Positions 16,290-25,390 of a DNA stretch of 32,000 nt are shown here, piece after piece. The stretch is from Kineococcus radiotolerans SRS30216 = ATCC BAA-149. Lineage in GTDB: Bacteria; Actinomycetota; Actinomycetes; Actinomycetales; Kineococcaceae. The notes under the pieces were generated by a model. That model ran no database searches. It had not been told where the DNA came from and worked only from the letters and a program-made list of their open reading frames with translations. The DNA lies in contig NC_009664.2 of assembly GCF_000017305.1 (NCBI RefSeq), positions 300,001 through 332,000 on the forward strand, written 5' to 3'. Each line of letters begins with the position of its first letter. Within the stretch, counting starts at the first letter, position 1. The translations under genes were made by a program, and so were the position numbers.

Positions 16290-18149
16290 TCAGCTGCGGC
16301 CGCGGCGCTCCGGCACCCGCCGGACCGCCCCGGTCGAGGCCGACGTCGCCATCGCGGCGTAGGCGCGCAGCGCACCGGTCAGCGGACGCACCCGGTCCCT
16401 CGGTTCCCAGGGGCGTTCGGAGGACTCCATCTTGGCGCGGCGCTCCGCGAGGACCTCGTCGTCCACGAGCAGCCGCAGCCCGCGCGACTCCACGTCGATC
16501 TCGATCTCGTCGCCGTCCTCGACCAGGCCGATGACGCCCCCCGCCCACGCCTCGGGCGAGACGTGACCCACGGAGATGCCGCTGGAACCGCCGGAGAACC
16601 GGCCGTCGGTCACCAGCGCGCAGACCTTGCCCAGGCCCCGGCCCTTGAGGAACGACGTGGGGTGCAGCATCTCCTGCATGCCCGGCCCGCCCGCGGGACC
16701 CTCGTAGCGGATGACGACGACGTGCCCGGGCCGCACCTTCCCCGACAGGATCGCCTCCACGGCCTCCTCCTGGGACTCCAGGACCAGGGCGGTGCCCCGG
16801 AAGTGGAACAGCGACGGGTCGATGCCGGCGGTCTTGATGATCGCCCCCTCGGTGGCGAGGTTGCCCTCCAGGACCGCGAGGCCGCCGTCGGCGGTGTAGG
16901 CGTGCGCGACGTCGCGCACGCACCCGGTGGCGGCGTCGGTGTCCAGCGACGACCAGCGGTTCTCCGTCGAGAACGCCTGCGTGGTGCGGACCCCGCCGGG
17001 GGCGGCGTGGAACAGCTCGAGGGCGACCTCGCTGGGCGACTCCGCCCGGACGTCCCACCGCTCCAGCCAGGACGCCACGTCCGGGCTGTGGACGGTGCGC
17101 ACGGAGTCGTCGAGCATCCCGCCGCGCCACAGCTCCCCGAGGATGGCGGGGATGCCGCCGGCGCGGTGGACGTCCTCCATGTGGAAGTCGGAGTTCGGCG
17201 CCACCTTCGACAGGCACGGCACCCGGCGGCTGATCGCGTCGATGTCGTCGAGGCCGAAGTCCAGCTCCGCCTCCTGCGCGGCGGCGAGGATGTGCAGGAC
17301 CGTGTTGGTCGACCCGCCCATCGCCACGTCGAGGGCCATGGCGTTGGAGAACGCCGCCCGGTTCGCGATGCTGCGCGGCAGCACCGACTCGTCGTCGCCG
17401 TCGTAGTACTGCTTCGCGAGCTCCACGATCAGCGTTCCCGCGCGCAGGAACAGGTCGCGGCGCGCGGCGTGCGTGGCCAGGGTGGACCCGTTGCCGGGCA
17501 ACGACAGGCCCAGGGCCTCGGTCAGGCAGTTCATGGAGTTCGCGGTGAACATGCCCGAGCAGGAACCGCAGGTGGGGCACGCGGAGCGCTCGACCTGGGC
17601 CAGCCCCTCGGCGTCCACCGCCTCCGACGCCGACGCCGAGATGGCCGTGACGAGGTCGGTGGGGGCGTGCGCCACCCCGTCCACGACGACGGCCTTGCCG
17701 GCCTCCATCGGCCCGCCGGAGACGAACACGACCGGGATGTTCAGCCGCAGCGCGGCCATCAGCATGCCGGGGGTGATCTTGTCGCAGTTGGAGATGCACA
17801 CCAGCGCGTCGGCCTGGTGGGCGTTGACCATGTACTCGACGGAGTCGGCGATGAGCTCGCGGCTGGGCAGCGAGTACAGCATCCCGGAGTGACCCATCGC
17901 GATGCCGTCGTCGACGGCGATGGTGTTGAACTCCTTCGAGACCCCGCCGGCCTCGGCGATGGCGCCGGCGACGAGGTCACCCATGTCCTTGAGGTGCACG
18001 TGGCCCGGCACGAACTGCGTGTACGAGTTGGCGATCGCCACGATGGGCTTGCCGAAGTCCCCGTCCGTCATGCCCGTGGCGCGCCACAGCGCGCGGGCAC
18101 CGGCCATGTTCCGGCCGTGGGTGGAGGTTCGGGAACGCAAGGCGGGCAC
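16290..18149 (-). CDS. ilvD: dihydroxy-acid dehydratase
   Basis: Track ORF 16290..18425 trimmed to the GTG at 18149 ([39 protein letters not shown]), which aligns with the E. coli IlvD N-terminus; GGAG lies upstream. The protein is collinear with IlvD throughout ([20 protein letters not shown]). Confidence 0.95.
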   Translation of the reverse strand: MPALRSRTSTHGRNMAGARALWRATGMTDGDFGKPIVAIANSYTQFVPGHVHLKDMGDLVAGAIAEAGGVSKEFNTIAVDDGIAMGHSGMLYSLPSRELIADSVEYMVNAHQADALVCISNCDKITPGMLMAALRLNIPVVFVSGGPMEAGKAVVVDGVAHAPTDLVTAISASASEAVDAEGLAQVERSACPTCGSCSGMFTANSMNCLTEALGLSLPGNGSTLATHAARRDLFLRAGTLIVELAKQYYDGDDESVLPRSIANRAAFSNAMALDVAMGGSTNTVLHILAAAQEAELDFGLDDIDAISRRVPCLSKVAPNSDFHMEDVHRAGGIPAILGELWRGGMLDDSVRTVHSPDVASWLERWDVRAESPSEVALELFHAAPGGVRTTQAFSTENRWSSLDTDAATGCVRDVAHAYTADGGLAVLEGNLATEGAIIKTAGIDPSLFHFRGTALVLESQEEAVEAILSGKVRPGHVVVIRYEGPAGGPGMQEMLHPTSFLKGRGLGKVCALVTDGRFSGGSSGISVGHVSPEAWAGGVIGLVEDGDEIEIDVESRGLRLLVDDEVLAERRAKMESSERPWEPRDRVRPLTGALRAYAAMATSASTGAVRRVPERRGRS

Positions 18150-18472
18150 GGGGGCTCCAAGGAGGGGTCGAGCTCGGGAGGTGGGTCCCGCACGGGACAC
18201 CGCGGCCGATGGGCCCGCGACGCGCCCCGCGCGAGCGGACGAGCGCCCTCCGTCCGCAGGTGCGCGGACGGCGACGACGTCGCGTGCGGCGGCCACCCCG
18301 TCCGGTGGTGCACGCCGCTCCCCCGGGGTCCGTCTCGGAGTCCACCCGGGAGGCTCCGAGGATAACCCCGGCCCCGGACCGTCCGGCCCCCCGGCGTCCG
18401 GGCCGGTCCTGCCTGTTCCGAACATGCGGCGCCTATAGCTCCGATAACTGATTTTCGTGCGACGGTGGGGGC

Positions 18473-19489
18473 GTGTCGGAGGAACCGCCCGAACCCGGGG
18501 AACTGCCCGAGGCCGCCGCGGCCGCCCTGCCGCCGCTGCCCCCGCCCACCGCGTTCGACGCGGAGAGCCTGGACCGGTGGTTCGCCCTCCTGGACCCCGT
18601 GCGGCGCTCGGTGCGCGCCCGCGGGACGTGGCGCGCCTACGCCGTCGACCTCGCCCACTTCGCCGACTGGTGCGCCCCGACCGGCCGGTCGCCGCTGCCG
18701 GCCACCCCGGGGACCGTCACCGACTACCTCACCGACCACGTCGAGTCCCTGTCCGTCGCGACGCTGCGGCGGCGGCTGGCCGCCATCGCCGTCGCGCACG
18801 GGGTCGCCGGGGTCCCCTCCCCCACCCACGACGAGCGCGTCCCGCTGGTCTGGCGGGGCCTGCGGCGCGTCCACGGTCCCGCGCGCCCGCCGCGCACGGT
18901 GGGCGCGGTGGAGGTCCGCGAGCTGCTGGTGCTCGTCGCCCCCCTGCGGGACACGGTCCTGGACCACCGCGACCGGGCCCTGCTCGTGATGGGCTTCGCG
19001 GGGGCGCTGCGCCGCTCCGAGCTCAGCGCCCTCGACGTGGCCGACGTCGCGGTCGCCCCGGAGCGCCTGCTGGTGACCGTCCGGGCGGCCGGTTCGCGGC
19101 CCGCACGGGTCGTCGAACTCCCTCGGGGGCGGCGGGTGGAGACCTGCCCCGTCCGTTCCTGGCGCGCCTGGGCCGGCGCGGCGCGGCTCGTGGACGGCGC
19201 CGCCTTTCGCCGCACGACCCGGGGCGGGCGGTCGCTGCGACCGGAGCGCCTCGGCGACCGCGGCGTCGCCGAGGTCGTCAAGCGGCGCGCCCTCGCGGTC
19301 GGCCTGGACCCCGGCTCGCTCTCCGGCCACAGCCTGCGGGCCGGCTTCGTCACCGCGGCGTCGCGGGCGGGGGTGCCGGCGGTGTCGATCGCGCGCCAGA
19401 CCGGGCACCGCTCGGCCGCCGCGCTCGCCGCGTGCGTGCGCGAGGACCGCCCGTTCCCGACGAACCCGGCGGCCCACGTCGGGCTGTGA
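18473..19489 (+). CDS. tyrosine-recombinase/phage-integrase family protein, apparently lacking the catalytic Tyr (and the beta-hairpin Lys)
   Basis: Track ORF of 338 aa. Box [12 protein letters not shown], box [12 protein letters not shown], then [16 protein letters not shown], where Cys (TGC) occupies the His+9 position of the nucleophilic Tyr. Confidence 0.8.
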   Translation: MSEEPPEPGELPEAAAAALPPLPPPTAFDAESLDRWFALLDPVRRSVRARGTWRAYAVDLAHFADWCAPTGRSPLPATPGTVTDYLTDHVESLSVATLRRRLAAIAVAHGVAGVPSPTHDERVPLVWRGLRRVHGPARPPRTVGAVEVRELLVLVAPLRDTVLDHRDRALLVMGFAGALRRSELSALDVADVAVAPERLLVTVRAAGSRPARVVELPRGRRVETCPVRSWRAWAGAARLVDGAAFRRTTRGGRSLRPERLGDRGVAEVVKRRALAVGLDPGSLSGHSLRAGFVTAASRAGVPAVSIARQTGHRSAAALAACVREDRPFPTNPAAHVGL

Positions 19490-19541
19490 GGCCCGGCCCG
19501 CTCAGCGCCCCGCCACCCGGCCGGGGGTCAGCCGCAGGGGT

Positions 19542-20636
19542 TCAGCCGGTCGTCGTGGGACCGCCCGCCGCCACCCACGCCGCGATCCCGCCCTCGAGGT
19601 GGGCCACGTCGCCGCGCCCGGCCGCGAGCGCCGCGGCCAGCGCCTGCGCGGAGCGCGACCCGCGGGCGCAGTGCAGGACGAGCGGACCGGGGGGCAGGAG
19701 CCCGGGGTCGGCGAGGACCCGGGCCAGCGGGAGGAGCACCGACCCCGGCACCGCGGCCTCGGCGTGCTCGTGCGGTTCGCGGACGTCGACGACCACCGGC
19801 CCGCCGCCGTCGGCCGTGGCGGCGATCAGCGCCGCCGCGCCCACGGAGGGCAGCGCACCCAGCCCGGTGACCGCGGCGCGGCGCGGGTCGGGGCGCAGCG
19901 GCACCTCGCGCCAGCTCACGGCCAGGGCGTCGTGGACGAGCACCCGCCCCAGCAGCGGCCGGCCGGCCCCGGTGATCAGCTTCACGGCCTCGGTGACCAT
20001 GGTGGCGGCGATCGCCGCGCAGACCCCGCCCAGCACCCCGGCCTCCCCGCAGCCGGGCACCGTCCCCGGGGGCGGCTCCGTCGGGAACAGGTCGCGGTAG
20101 GTCGGCCCCTCCGCCCCGTCGAAGACGCTGACGTGCCCGTCGAAGCGCAGGACCGCGCCCCACACCCAGGGCAGCCCGCTCAGCACGCACGCGTCGTTGA
20201 CGAGGTAGCGGGTCGCGAAGGTGTCGGACCCGTCGAGGACGAGGTCGTAGCGGGAGAGGAGGTCGAGGGCGTTGCCGGCGTCCAGCCGTTCGCGGTGGCG
20301 GTGGACGGTGACGGTGGGGTTGAGCCGGGCGACGGCGTCGGCGGCGCTGTCGACCTTGGGGCGCCCCACGTCGGGCGTGCCGTGGGCGACCTGGCGCTGC
20401 AGGTTGGAGGTGTCCACGACGTCGTCGTCGACCACGCCGATCGTCCCGATCCCGGCGGCGGCCAGGTAGAGCAGCGCGGGCGATCCCAGCCCACCGGCCC
20501 CGACGACGAGCACCCGGGCGGCGAGCAGCCGGCGCTGCCCGACCTCCCCGATCTCCGGCAGCAGCAGGTGCCGGGAGTAGCGGGCGCGCTGGTCCGCGCT
20601 CAGTTCCGGGCCGGGCCCGACGAGGGGGGTCTTCAC
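19542..20636 (-). CDS. moeZ: MoeB/ThiF-family adenylyltransferase fused to a rhodanese domain (MoeZ/MoeBR type)
   Basis: Track ORF 19542..21365 trimmed to the GTG at 20636 (VKTPLVGPGPELSADQRARYSRHLLLPEIG). VGAGGLGSP and NLQRQV motifs, PGCGEAGVLG, and C-terminal rhodanese LHCARGSRS. GGGAGG lies upstream. Confidence 0.85.
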   Translation of the reverse strand: MKTPLVGPGPELSADQRARYSRHLLLPEIGEVGQRRLLAARVLVVGAGGLGSPALLYLAAAGIGTIGVVDDDVVDTSNLQRQVAHGTPDVGRPKVDSAADAVARLNPTVTVHRHRERLDAGNALDLLSRYDLVLDGSDTFATRYLVNDACVLSGLPWVWGAVLRFDGHVSVFDGAEGPTYRDLFPTEPPPGTVPGCGEAGVLGGVCAAIAATMVTEAVKLITGAGRPLLGRVLVHDALAVSWREVPLRPDPRRAAVTGLGALPSVGAAALIAATADGGGPVVVDVREPHEHAEAAVPGSVLLPLARVLADPGLLPPGPLVLHCARGSRSAQALAAALAAGRGDVAHLEGGIAAWVAAGGPTTTG

Positions 20637-21454
20637 GAGGGAAGCCTCCCCCCCACCGCGGCGACGCGTCCCGGCGGGCTGTCCTGGCGCTCCAGCGCCG
20701 CGCGCAGGGCCTGCTCCCCCGGCCCGAGCAGCTGGCCCCGGGCGGGCGGGGTGGACCCGGTGAGGCGTTGCAGGGTGCGGGCGGTGGCGTCCAGGACGCC
20801 CAGGACGGCGGGGGTGTGGAGGAGGTCGAGGGCACCGGGGGGGCCGTCGAGGGCGAGGCACCCGGTGACGCGGGAGCTCTCCCCCGCGTCGTCGACGAGG
20901 GGGACGGCGACGACGACGGCGTACTTGCCGCGGACGGCGCGGAACTCCTCGGCCGAGAGGCCCTGGCGTTCCCCGGCGGCGTCGGGACCGGTGACGTCGC
21001 GGGCCACGACGGCGCCCGTGGCGACGCACTCGCCGATGACGCCCTTGCCCGGGGCCCAGCGCACGCCGGAGGCGACCGGACGGCGGCGGGACCGGACGCG
21101 GTGCACCCGGGCCAGCCGCGGGGCTCGCCCGAGGGGCCGGCGCACGCGGTAGGCGGCGACGGCGAGGTCGCGGGGGTCGACCCGCCCCCCGGTCGCGTCG
21201 ACGACGGCCCACAGGGCGCCGGAGAGCAGGTCGTCGTGGAGGTCGCGGGTCGCCTCGCGCCGGGCCCCGAGCAGGCGGGCGACGGCCTGGGTGGCGGTCG
21301 AGGCGACCGCGAGGACGGCGGTGAGGACGACGAGGACGACGAGGACGACGTCGCCGGGGTCCCACAGCCCGGCGCGCTCCAGCCCCAGGGCCGCCCCGAC
21401 CGCGGCGGCGAGGACGGCGAGTCCGAGGTCGATCCAGGTGCGCACGGGCGTCAC
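20633..21454 (-). CDS. membrane-anchored GAF-like domain protein
   Basis: Last 273 codons of track ORF 20633..21808, starting at the GTG at 21454. Two N-terminal TM helices. GAF-like motifs GKGVIGECVATGAVVARDV and AVPLVDDAGESSRVTGCLALD. Its stop overlaps the moeZ GTG (GTGA). Confidence 0.55.
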   Translation of the reverse strand: MTPVRTWIDLGLAVLAAAVGAALGLERAGLWDPGDVVLVVLVVLTAVLAVASTATQAVARLLGARREATRDLHDDLLSGALWAVVDATGGRVDPRDLAVAAYRVRRPLGRAPRLARVHRVRSRRRPVASGVRWAPGKGVIGECVATGAVVARDVTGPDAAGERQGLSAEEFRAVRGKYAVVVAVPLVDDAGESSRVTGCLALDGPPGALDLLHTPAVLGVLDATARTLQRLTGSTPPARGQLLGPGEQALRAALERQDSPPGRVAAVGGRLPS

Positions 21455-21503
21455 CGTAGGCGCCGGCGGGGACACCGGGCCCGGGGGCGCCGCCGCCCGC
21501 GGC

Positions 21504-22199
21504 TCAGCGGAGGGTGACGGACGCGCGGTCGGGACCGGTCGCCGGGAGGGTGAGCGCGCGGGGCGCCCGGTCGGGGGCGCGGCGGTGGGTGCTGGCGGGG
21601 GTGCGGGCGTCGGCCAGGCGGGGCAGCAGGAGGGCGCCGCGGGCGGTGCGCTCGGCCTCCACGTCGGCGAGGACCCCGGACCACCCGGACCAGTCGAGGT
21701 GTCGCCCGGGGAGGTCCCGGTTGTAGCGGGTGCGGTAGTAGACGTGGGTCCAGCCGGGGTGGGCGAAGGTGCCGACCACCTCGGGCTTGTCGTCGATGAG
21801 GACGTCACCCGCCACGAGCGTCTTGTCGCGGGTGACGATCACGCGCTCGGTCCAGGACAGACCCAGGTGCTCCTCCACCCACTCGTACTTCTCGCGCACG
21901 CAGTGGCGGTAGGCGCGCACCGGAGCGGTGCAGATGCGCACGTCGTGACCGGCGTCGAGCATCGCCTCCATCGCCTCGCGGGCACCGGGCAGGGGCGGCA
22001 GGTCGCGGAAGAAGCCGGCCCGGGTGGAGACGGCGCGGATGCGCTCGTGCCACTGCGGCGGGTAGCTGTCCTCGATCCAGTACGAGTCGGCCTCGGCGCG
22101 GGGCGCGCGGGGGGCGTCGGGGTGGGCGGCGAGGAAGCGGCGGTCGAAGCCCGCCCCGAAGTCGGCGAGCGTCTGGTCCTGGTCGACGAGGACGAGCAC
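21504..22199 (-). CDS. 5'(3')-deoxyribonucleotidase (NT5C / HAD superfamily) with an Arg/Pro-rich C-terminal extension
   Basis: Track ORF of 231 aa. HAD motif I VLVDQDQTLADF, then ICTAP and VLIDDKPE motifs, as in NT5C-family nucleotidases. Confidence 0.65.
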   Translation of the reverse strand: MLVLVDQDQTLADFGAGFDRRFLAAHPDAPRAPRAEADSYWIEDSYPPQWHERIRAVSTRAGFFRDLPPLPGAREAMEAMLDAGHDVRICTAPVRAYRHCVREKYEWVEEHLGLSWTERVIVTRDKTLVAGDVLIDDKPEVVGTFAHPGWTHVYYRTRYNRDLPGRHLDWSGWSGVLADVEAERTARGALLLPRLADARTPASTHRRAPDRAPRALTLPATGPDRASVTLR

Positions 22200-22392
22200 G
22201 GGCTGGCCTCCTCAGGCGGCGGGCGGGATCCCCCGCCTGATCGGCAGGTCGGGGCCGCAGGTGAAGCCCGGCGGCCCCGCGGGGCGGTGGGGAATGGATC
22301 GGCCCCGCGTCCTGGTTGTCGTCCTCGCCGCGTGGACGGGAGCCACGGGCTTCCGCTGCCGGTGGCCCCACCCCCGCGACGGAAGACCCCAC

Positions 22393-23670
22393 ATGACCTC
22401 ACGCACCGACCTCCCCCCCGCCGACGGCGCCGCGGACGTCGTCCCGCCGTCCCGGCCGAGCATGGGGCGCACCGCGCTCGTGCTCGGGGCCTTCGTCGCC
22501 ATCGGGCCGCTCACCATCGACATGTACCTGCCGGCCCTGCCCACGATCGTCACGCAGCTGCAGACGACCGAGGCGGCGGTGCAGCTGACCCTGACCGGGA
22601 CCCTGGTGGGCCTGGCGCTCGGCCAGCTCGTCATCGGTCCGCTCTCCGACGCCCTCGGGCGCCGCCGGCCGCTGCTGGCCGGGACCGCGCTGCACGTCGT
22701 GGCGTCCCTGCTCGTCCTGCTGGCGCCGAACATCGCCGTGCTGGGGGTGCTGCGGGTGCTGCAGGGCGTGGGCACGGCGGCGGGGGCCGTGATCGCCCTG
22801 GCCATCGTGCGCGACCTGTACGAGGGGCGCGCCGCGGCCACCATGCTCTCCCGGTTGTTCCTGGTGATCGGCGCGGCGCCGGTCCTGGCGCCGACGATCG
22901 GCGGGGAGCTGCTGCGGTTCACCTCCTGGCGGGGGATCTTCGTCCTGCTCGCCGTCTACGGGCTGGCGCTGCTGGCGGTCGGCGCGCGGGCGCTGCGCGA
23001 GACCCTGCCGCCGGAGGCCCGTCGTCCGCTGCGCCTCGGCGCGACCGTGCGGACCTACCGCGGCCTGCTGCGCGACCGCACCTACCTCGGCCTGGTCCTG
23101 GTGGCGGGGCTGACCATGGCGGCCCTGTTCAGCTACGTGGCCGGGGCCTCGTTCGTGTACCAGGGGCAGTTCGGCCTGGACCAGCAGCAGTTCGGCCTCC
23201 TCTTCGGCGCCGGCGCCTTCTGGCTCATCGCGGCCACCCAGCTCAACCCGCTGGTCCTGCGCTGGGCGGCGCCGTCGCAGGTGCTCCTCGCCGGCACCGT
23301 CGCCGGCCTGCTCGCCGGGGTGGTCCTGCTGGTGCTCGCGGCCACCGGCACCGGCGGCCTGGCCGGGGTCGTGGCGCCGCTGTGGGTGGTGCTGTTCGCC
23401 ATCGGCCTGGCCCTGCCCAACGCCCCGGCGCTGGCCCTGTCCCGGCACGGCGAGGCCGCCGGGGCGGCGGCCGCCCTGCTGGGGGCCGTGCAGTTCGGGG
23501 TGGGGGCGCTGGTCTCCCCCCTGGTGGGCCTGCTCGGCAACGACGCGCGGGCCATGGGGCTGGTGATCTCCTGCGCCCTGCTCCTCGGCACCGGCGTGCT
23601 GGTGCTGCTCGTGCGGCCCTGGCAGCTGGTGGCCGAGACCGGGCCGGACGTCGTCATCGCCGCCCACTGA
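22393..23670 (+). CDS. MFS transporter, Bcr/CflA drug-resistance subfamily
   Basis: Track ORF 22261..23670 trimmed to the ATG at 22393, because G/C content at third codon positions drops upstream of it. About 12 TM segments, with GPLSDALGRRRPLL (MFS motif A) and LRVLQGVG. Confidence 0.8.
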   Translation: MTSRTDLPPADGAADVVPPSRPSMGRTALVLGAFVAIGPLTIDMYLPALPTIVTQLQTTEAAVQLTLTGTLVGLALGQLVIGPLSDALGRRRPLLAGTALHVVASLLVLLAPNIAVLGVLRVLQGVGTAAGAVIALAIVRDLYEGRAAATMLSRLFLVIGAAPVLAPTIGGELLRFTSWRGIFVLLAVYGLALLAVGARALRETLPPEARRPLRLGATVRTYRGLLRDRTYLGLVLVAGLTMAALFSYVAGASFVYQGQFGLDQQQFGLLFGAGAFWLIAATQLNPLVLRWAAPSQVLLAGTVAGLLAGVVLLVLAATGTGGLAGVVAPLWVVLFAIGLALPNAPALALSRHGEAAGAAAALLGAVQFGVGALVSPLVGLLGNDARAMGLVISCALLLGTGVLVLLVRPWQLVAETGPDVVIAAH

Positions 23671-23677
23671 GCCGCCC

Positions 23678-23717
23678 GAGCCCGCGGCCGGGCGGGGTCC
23701 CGTCCGGCCGCGGGCTC
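23678..23717 (+). terminator. hairpin after the MFS gene
   Basis: GAGCCCGCGGCCGG-12 nt-CCGGCCGCGGGCTC, a perfect 14-bp stem beginning 8 nt after the stop. Confidence 0.5.
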
Positions 23718-23772
23718 CCGGGCCGCGAGCGCGCCCGTGCGCGGGGTCACGGGTGGGGGCACACTGCGGCGC

Positions 23773-24495
23773 ATGTGTGGCCGCTACGCGCGCTCCCGAC
23801 CCGACGACGAGCTCGTCGACCTCTTCGACGTCAGCGAGATCGTCGGCGACCCCCTGCCGGCCTCCTACAACATCGCCCCCACCCAGGACGCCCGCGTTGT
23901 CCTCGAACGGGCCCCGCGCGAGGACGCCGACGGCCCGGGGCCCGGTGGCGCCACCCGGCAGCTGCGCACCCTGCGCTGGGGCCTGGTGCCCGTCTGGGCC
24001 AAGGACGTCAAGATCGGCAACCGGATGGTCAACGCCCGGGTGGAGACCATCACCGAGAAGCCCTCGTTCAAGCGGGCCGCCGCCAAGCGGCGCCTGCTGG
24101 TGCCGGCCGACGGGTACTACGAGTGGGAGGAGCGCGAGGGCCGGAAGGTCCCGCACTTCCTGCACGCCCCCGACGGCGTCCTGGCCTTCGCCGGCCTGTA
24201 CGAGCTGTGGCCGGACCCGGCCAAGGCCGAGGACGACCCCGACCGGTGGCTGTGGACGTTCACCATCCTCACCACCCGGGCCAGCGACGCCCTCGGCCAC
24301 ATCCACGACCGCACCCCCGTCATCGTCCCGCCGGACATGCGCGACGACTGGCTGGACCCCACCCTCACCGACCTGGACCTGGTCCGCCAGGTCCTCGACG
24401 CCGTCCCCGAGCCGCACCTGGAGACCCACGAGGTCTCCACCGCGGTCAACTCCCCGCGCAACGACTCCCCCGACCTGCTGGCCCCGGTCCCCTGA
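23773..24495 (+). CDS. SOS response-associated peptidase (SRAP; YedK/HMCES family, abasic-site DNA-protein crosslinking)
   Basis: Track ORF 23737..24495 trimmed to MCGRYA at 23773, because SRAP proteins require Cys2. Further motifs: YNIAPTQ, RWGLVPVWAKD, NARVET, GHIHDRTPV. Confidence 0.85.
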   Translation: MCGRYARSRPDDELVDLFDVSEIVGDPLPASYNIAPTQDARVVLERAPREDADGPGPGGATRQLRTLRWGLVPVWAKDVKIGNRMVNARVETITEKPSFKRAAAKRRLLVPADGYYEWEEREGRKVPHFLHAPDGVLAFAGLYELWPDPAKAEDDPDRWLWTFTILTTRASDALGHIHDRTPVIVPPDMRDDWLDPTLTDLDLVRQVLDAVPEPHLETHEVSTAVNSPRNDSPDLLAPVP

Positions 24496-24496
24496 C

Positions 24497-24523
24497 CCCG
24501 CCCGCGCCCCGGGCGCGGGCGGG
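24497..24523. terminator. palindromic GC hairpin between convergent genes
   Basis: CCCGCCCGCGCC..GGCGCGGGCGGG, a palindrome centred on 24510 that fills the 30-nt gap between the two stop codons. Confidence 0.45.
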
Positions 24524-24525
24524 TC

Positions 24526-25347
24526 TCAGCGGGCCCAGAACGCGCGGTGGGAACGCGTCAGCCAGTCGTCGACCCAGGCCCGGTCGCCGGACTCCGGCAG
24601 CGGGCTCGCGGCGGCCGCCGCGGCGAGGTCCGCCTCGAGGTCGGCCAGCCACGCCTCGACGTCGGCCCGGGCCCACTCCCCGCGGCGCACCGAGCGCAGG
24701 GCGTCGAGGTCGGGGCCCGGCACCGGCAGCGTGACGCGCCCGGTCAGCAGCAGCTCCAGCCCCTGGACCCCCAGCCGCAGCGCGTGCATCGCGGGCTTGG
24801 GGTCGTACCCCGGCCCGGACCGCCGGGCCCGGACGGCGGCGCGTCGACCGCGCTCACCGAGGAACGCCGCGCGCTGGGACCGCAGGTAGCCGAGGAACCG
24901 CCGTCCGGCGGCCCGGGAGGCGAACCGGGAGGCGTTCTCCCGCAGTTCCCGTCCGGCGTCGGTGACCCGGACGACCTCCTCGTCGGGGACCCACAGCGGC
25001 AGCAGGACCGTCGGGTTCCCCGCCAGCGCCAGGCGCGCCCACTTGCGGGCGCTGTACACCACGACGTCGAGGTCACCCGGGCCCGAGCGCTCGGCCAGCC
25101 CGCGGGGCCGGGCCCAGGCGGTGTGCAGCTCGTACTGCTCGAAGGGGATCTCCCGGCCACCGGGGGTCCGGACCCGGGCCAGGCCGGTGACGAACTCCGC
25201 CGGCTCCAGGCACAGGCCGAGCTCGTCGCGGTCGTCCTGGCCCTCGCCGGCGGTGCCGTGGACCCCGCTGCCGACCTGGGTCAGCAGCACGGTGCCGGCC
25301 TCGGCGAGGCGGCGCGCCTCCTCACCGGCGTGGGGGTGTCTGATCAC
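24526..25347 (-). CDS. nucleotidyltransferase-domain protein (Pol-beta superfamily, RlaP/pfam10127-like)
   Basis: Track ORF of 273 aa with a GTG start. GSGVHGTAGEGQDDRDELG resembles the GS..G...D.D minimal nucleotidyltransferase motif. Confidence 0.55.
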   Translation of the reverse strand: MIRHPHAGEEARRLAEAGTVLLTQVGSGVHGTAGEGQDDRDELGLCLEPAEFVTGLARVRTPGGREIPFEQYELHTAWARPRGLAERSGPGDLDVVVYSARKWARLALAGNPTVLLPLWVPDEEVVRVTDAGRELRENASRFASRAAGRRFLGYLRSQRAAFLGERGRRAAVRARRSGPGYDPKPAMHALRLGVQGLELLLTGRVTLPVPGPDLDALRSVRRGEWARADVEAWLADLEADLAAAAAASPLPESGDRAWVDDWLTRSHRAFWAR

Positions 25348-25390
25348 GGGACGAGGGTACGAACCGGGACCGCCACCGCGCCAACGGGTT

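Noticed and set aside
16290-18425. N-terminal extensions of track ORFs: ilvD to 18425, moeZ to 21365, the GAF protein to 21808, MFS to 22261, SRAP to 23737, the PucR-type gene to 30340, TerC to 28930, and the HTH protein to 2949.
   Set aside because: The extended parts are Arg/Pro-rich or have A/T-rich third codon positions. Known family N-termini (for example IlvD [19 protein letters not shown] and SRAP MCGRY) begin at internal GTG/ATG codons preceded by purine-rich ribosome-binding sites.
5194-18456. The two AT-rich motif sites interpreted as attL/attR of an element mobilised by the 18473 integrase.
   Set aside because: The integrase gene lies outside the interval bounded by the two sites. 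The word order is permuted rather than forming a direct repeat. The interval contains core metabolic genes (ilvD and the sugar operon).
18150-18472. The 323-nt ilvD upstream region examined for a branched-chain amino-acid leader peptide, a T-box, a tRNA or a tRNA fragment (integration target).
   Set aside because: There is no short Ile/Val/Leu-rich ORF, no T-box specifier or antiterminator elements, and no tRNA-like GTTCGAATC/cloverleaf signature. The many GC hairpins are expected by composition.
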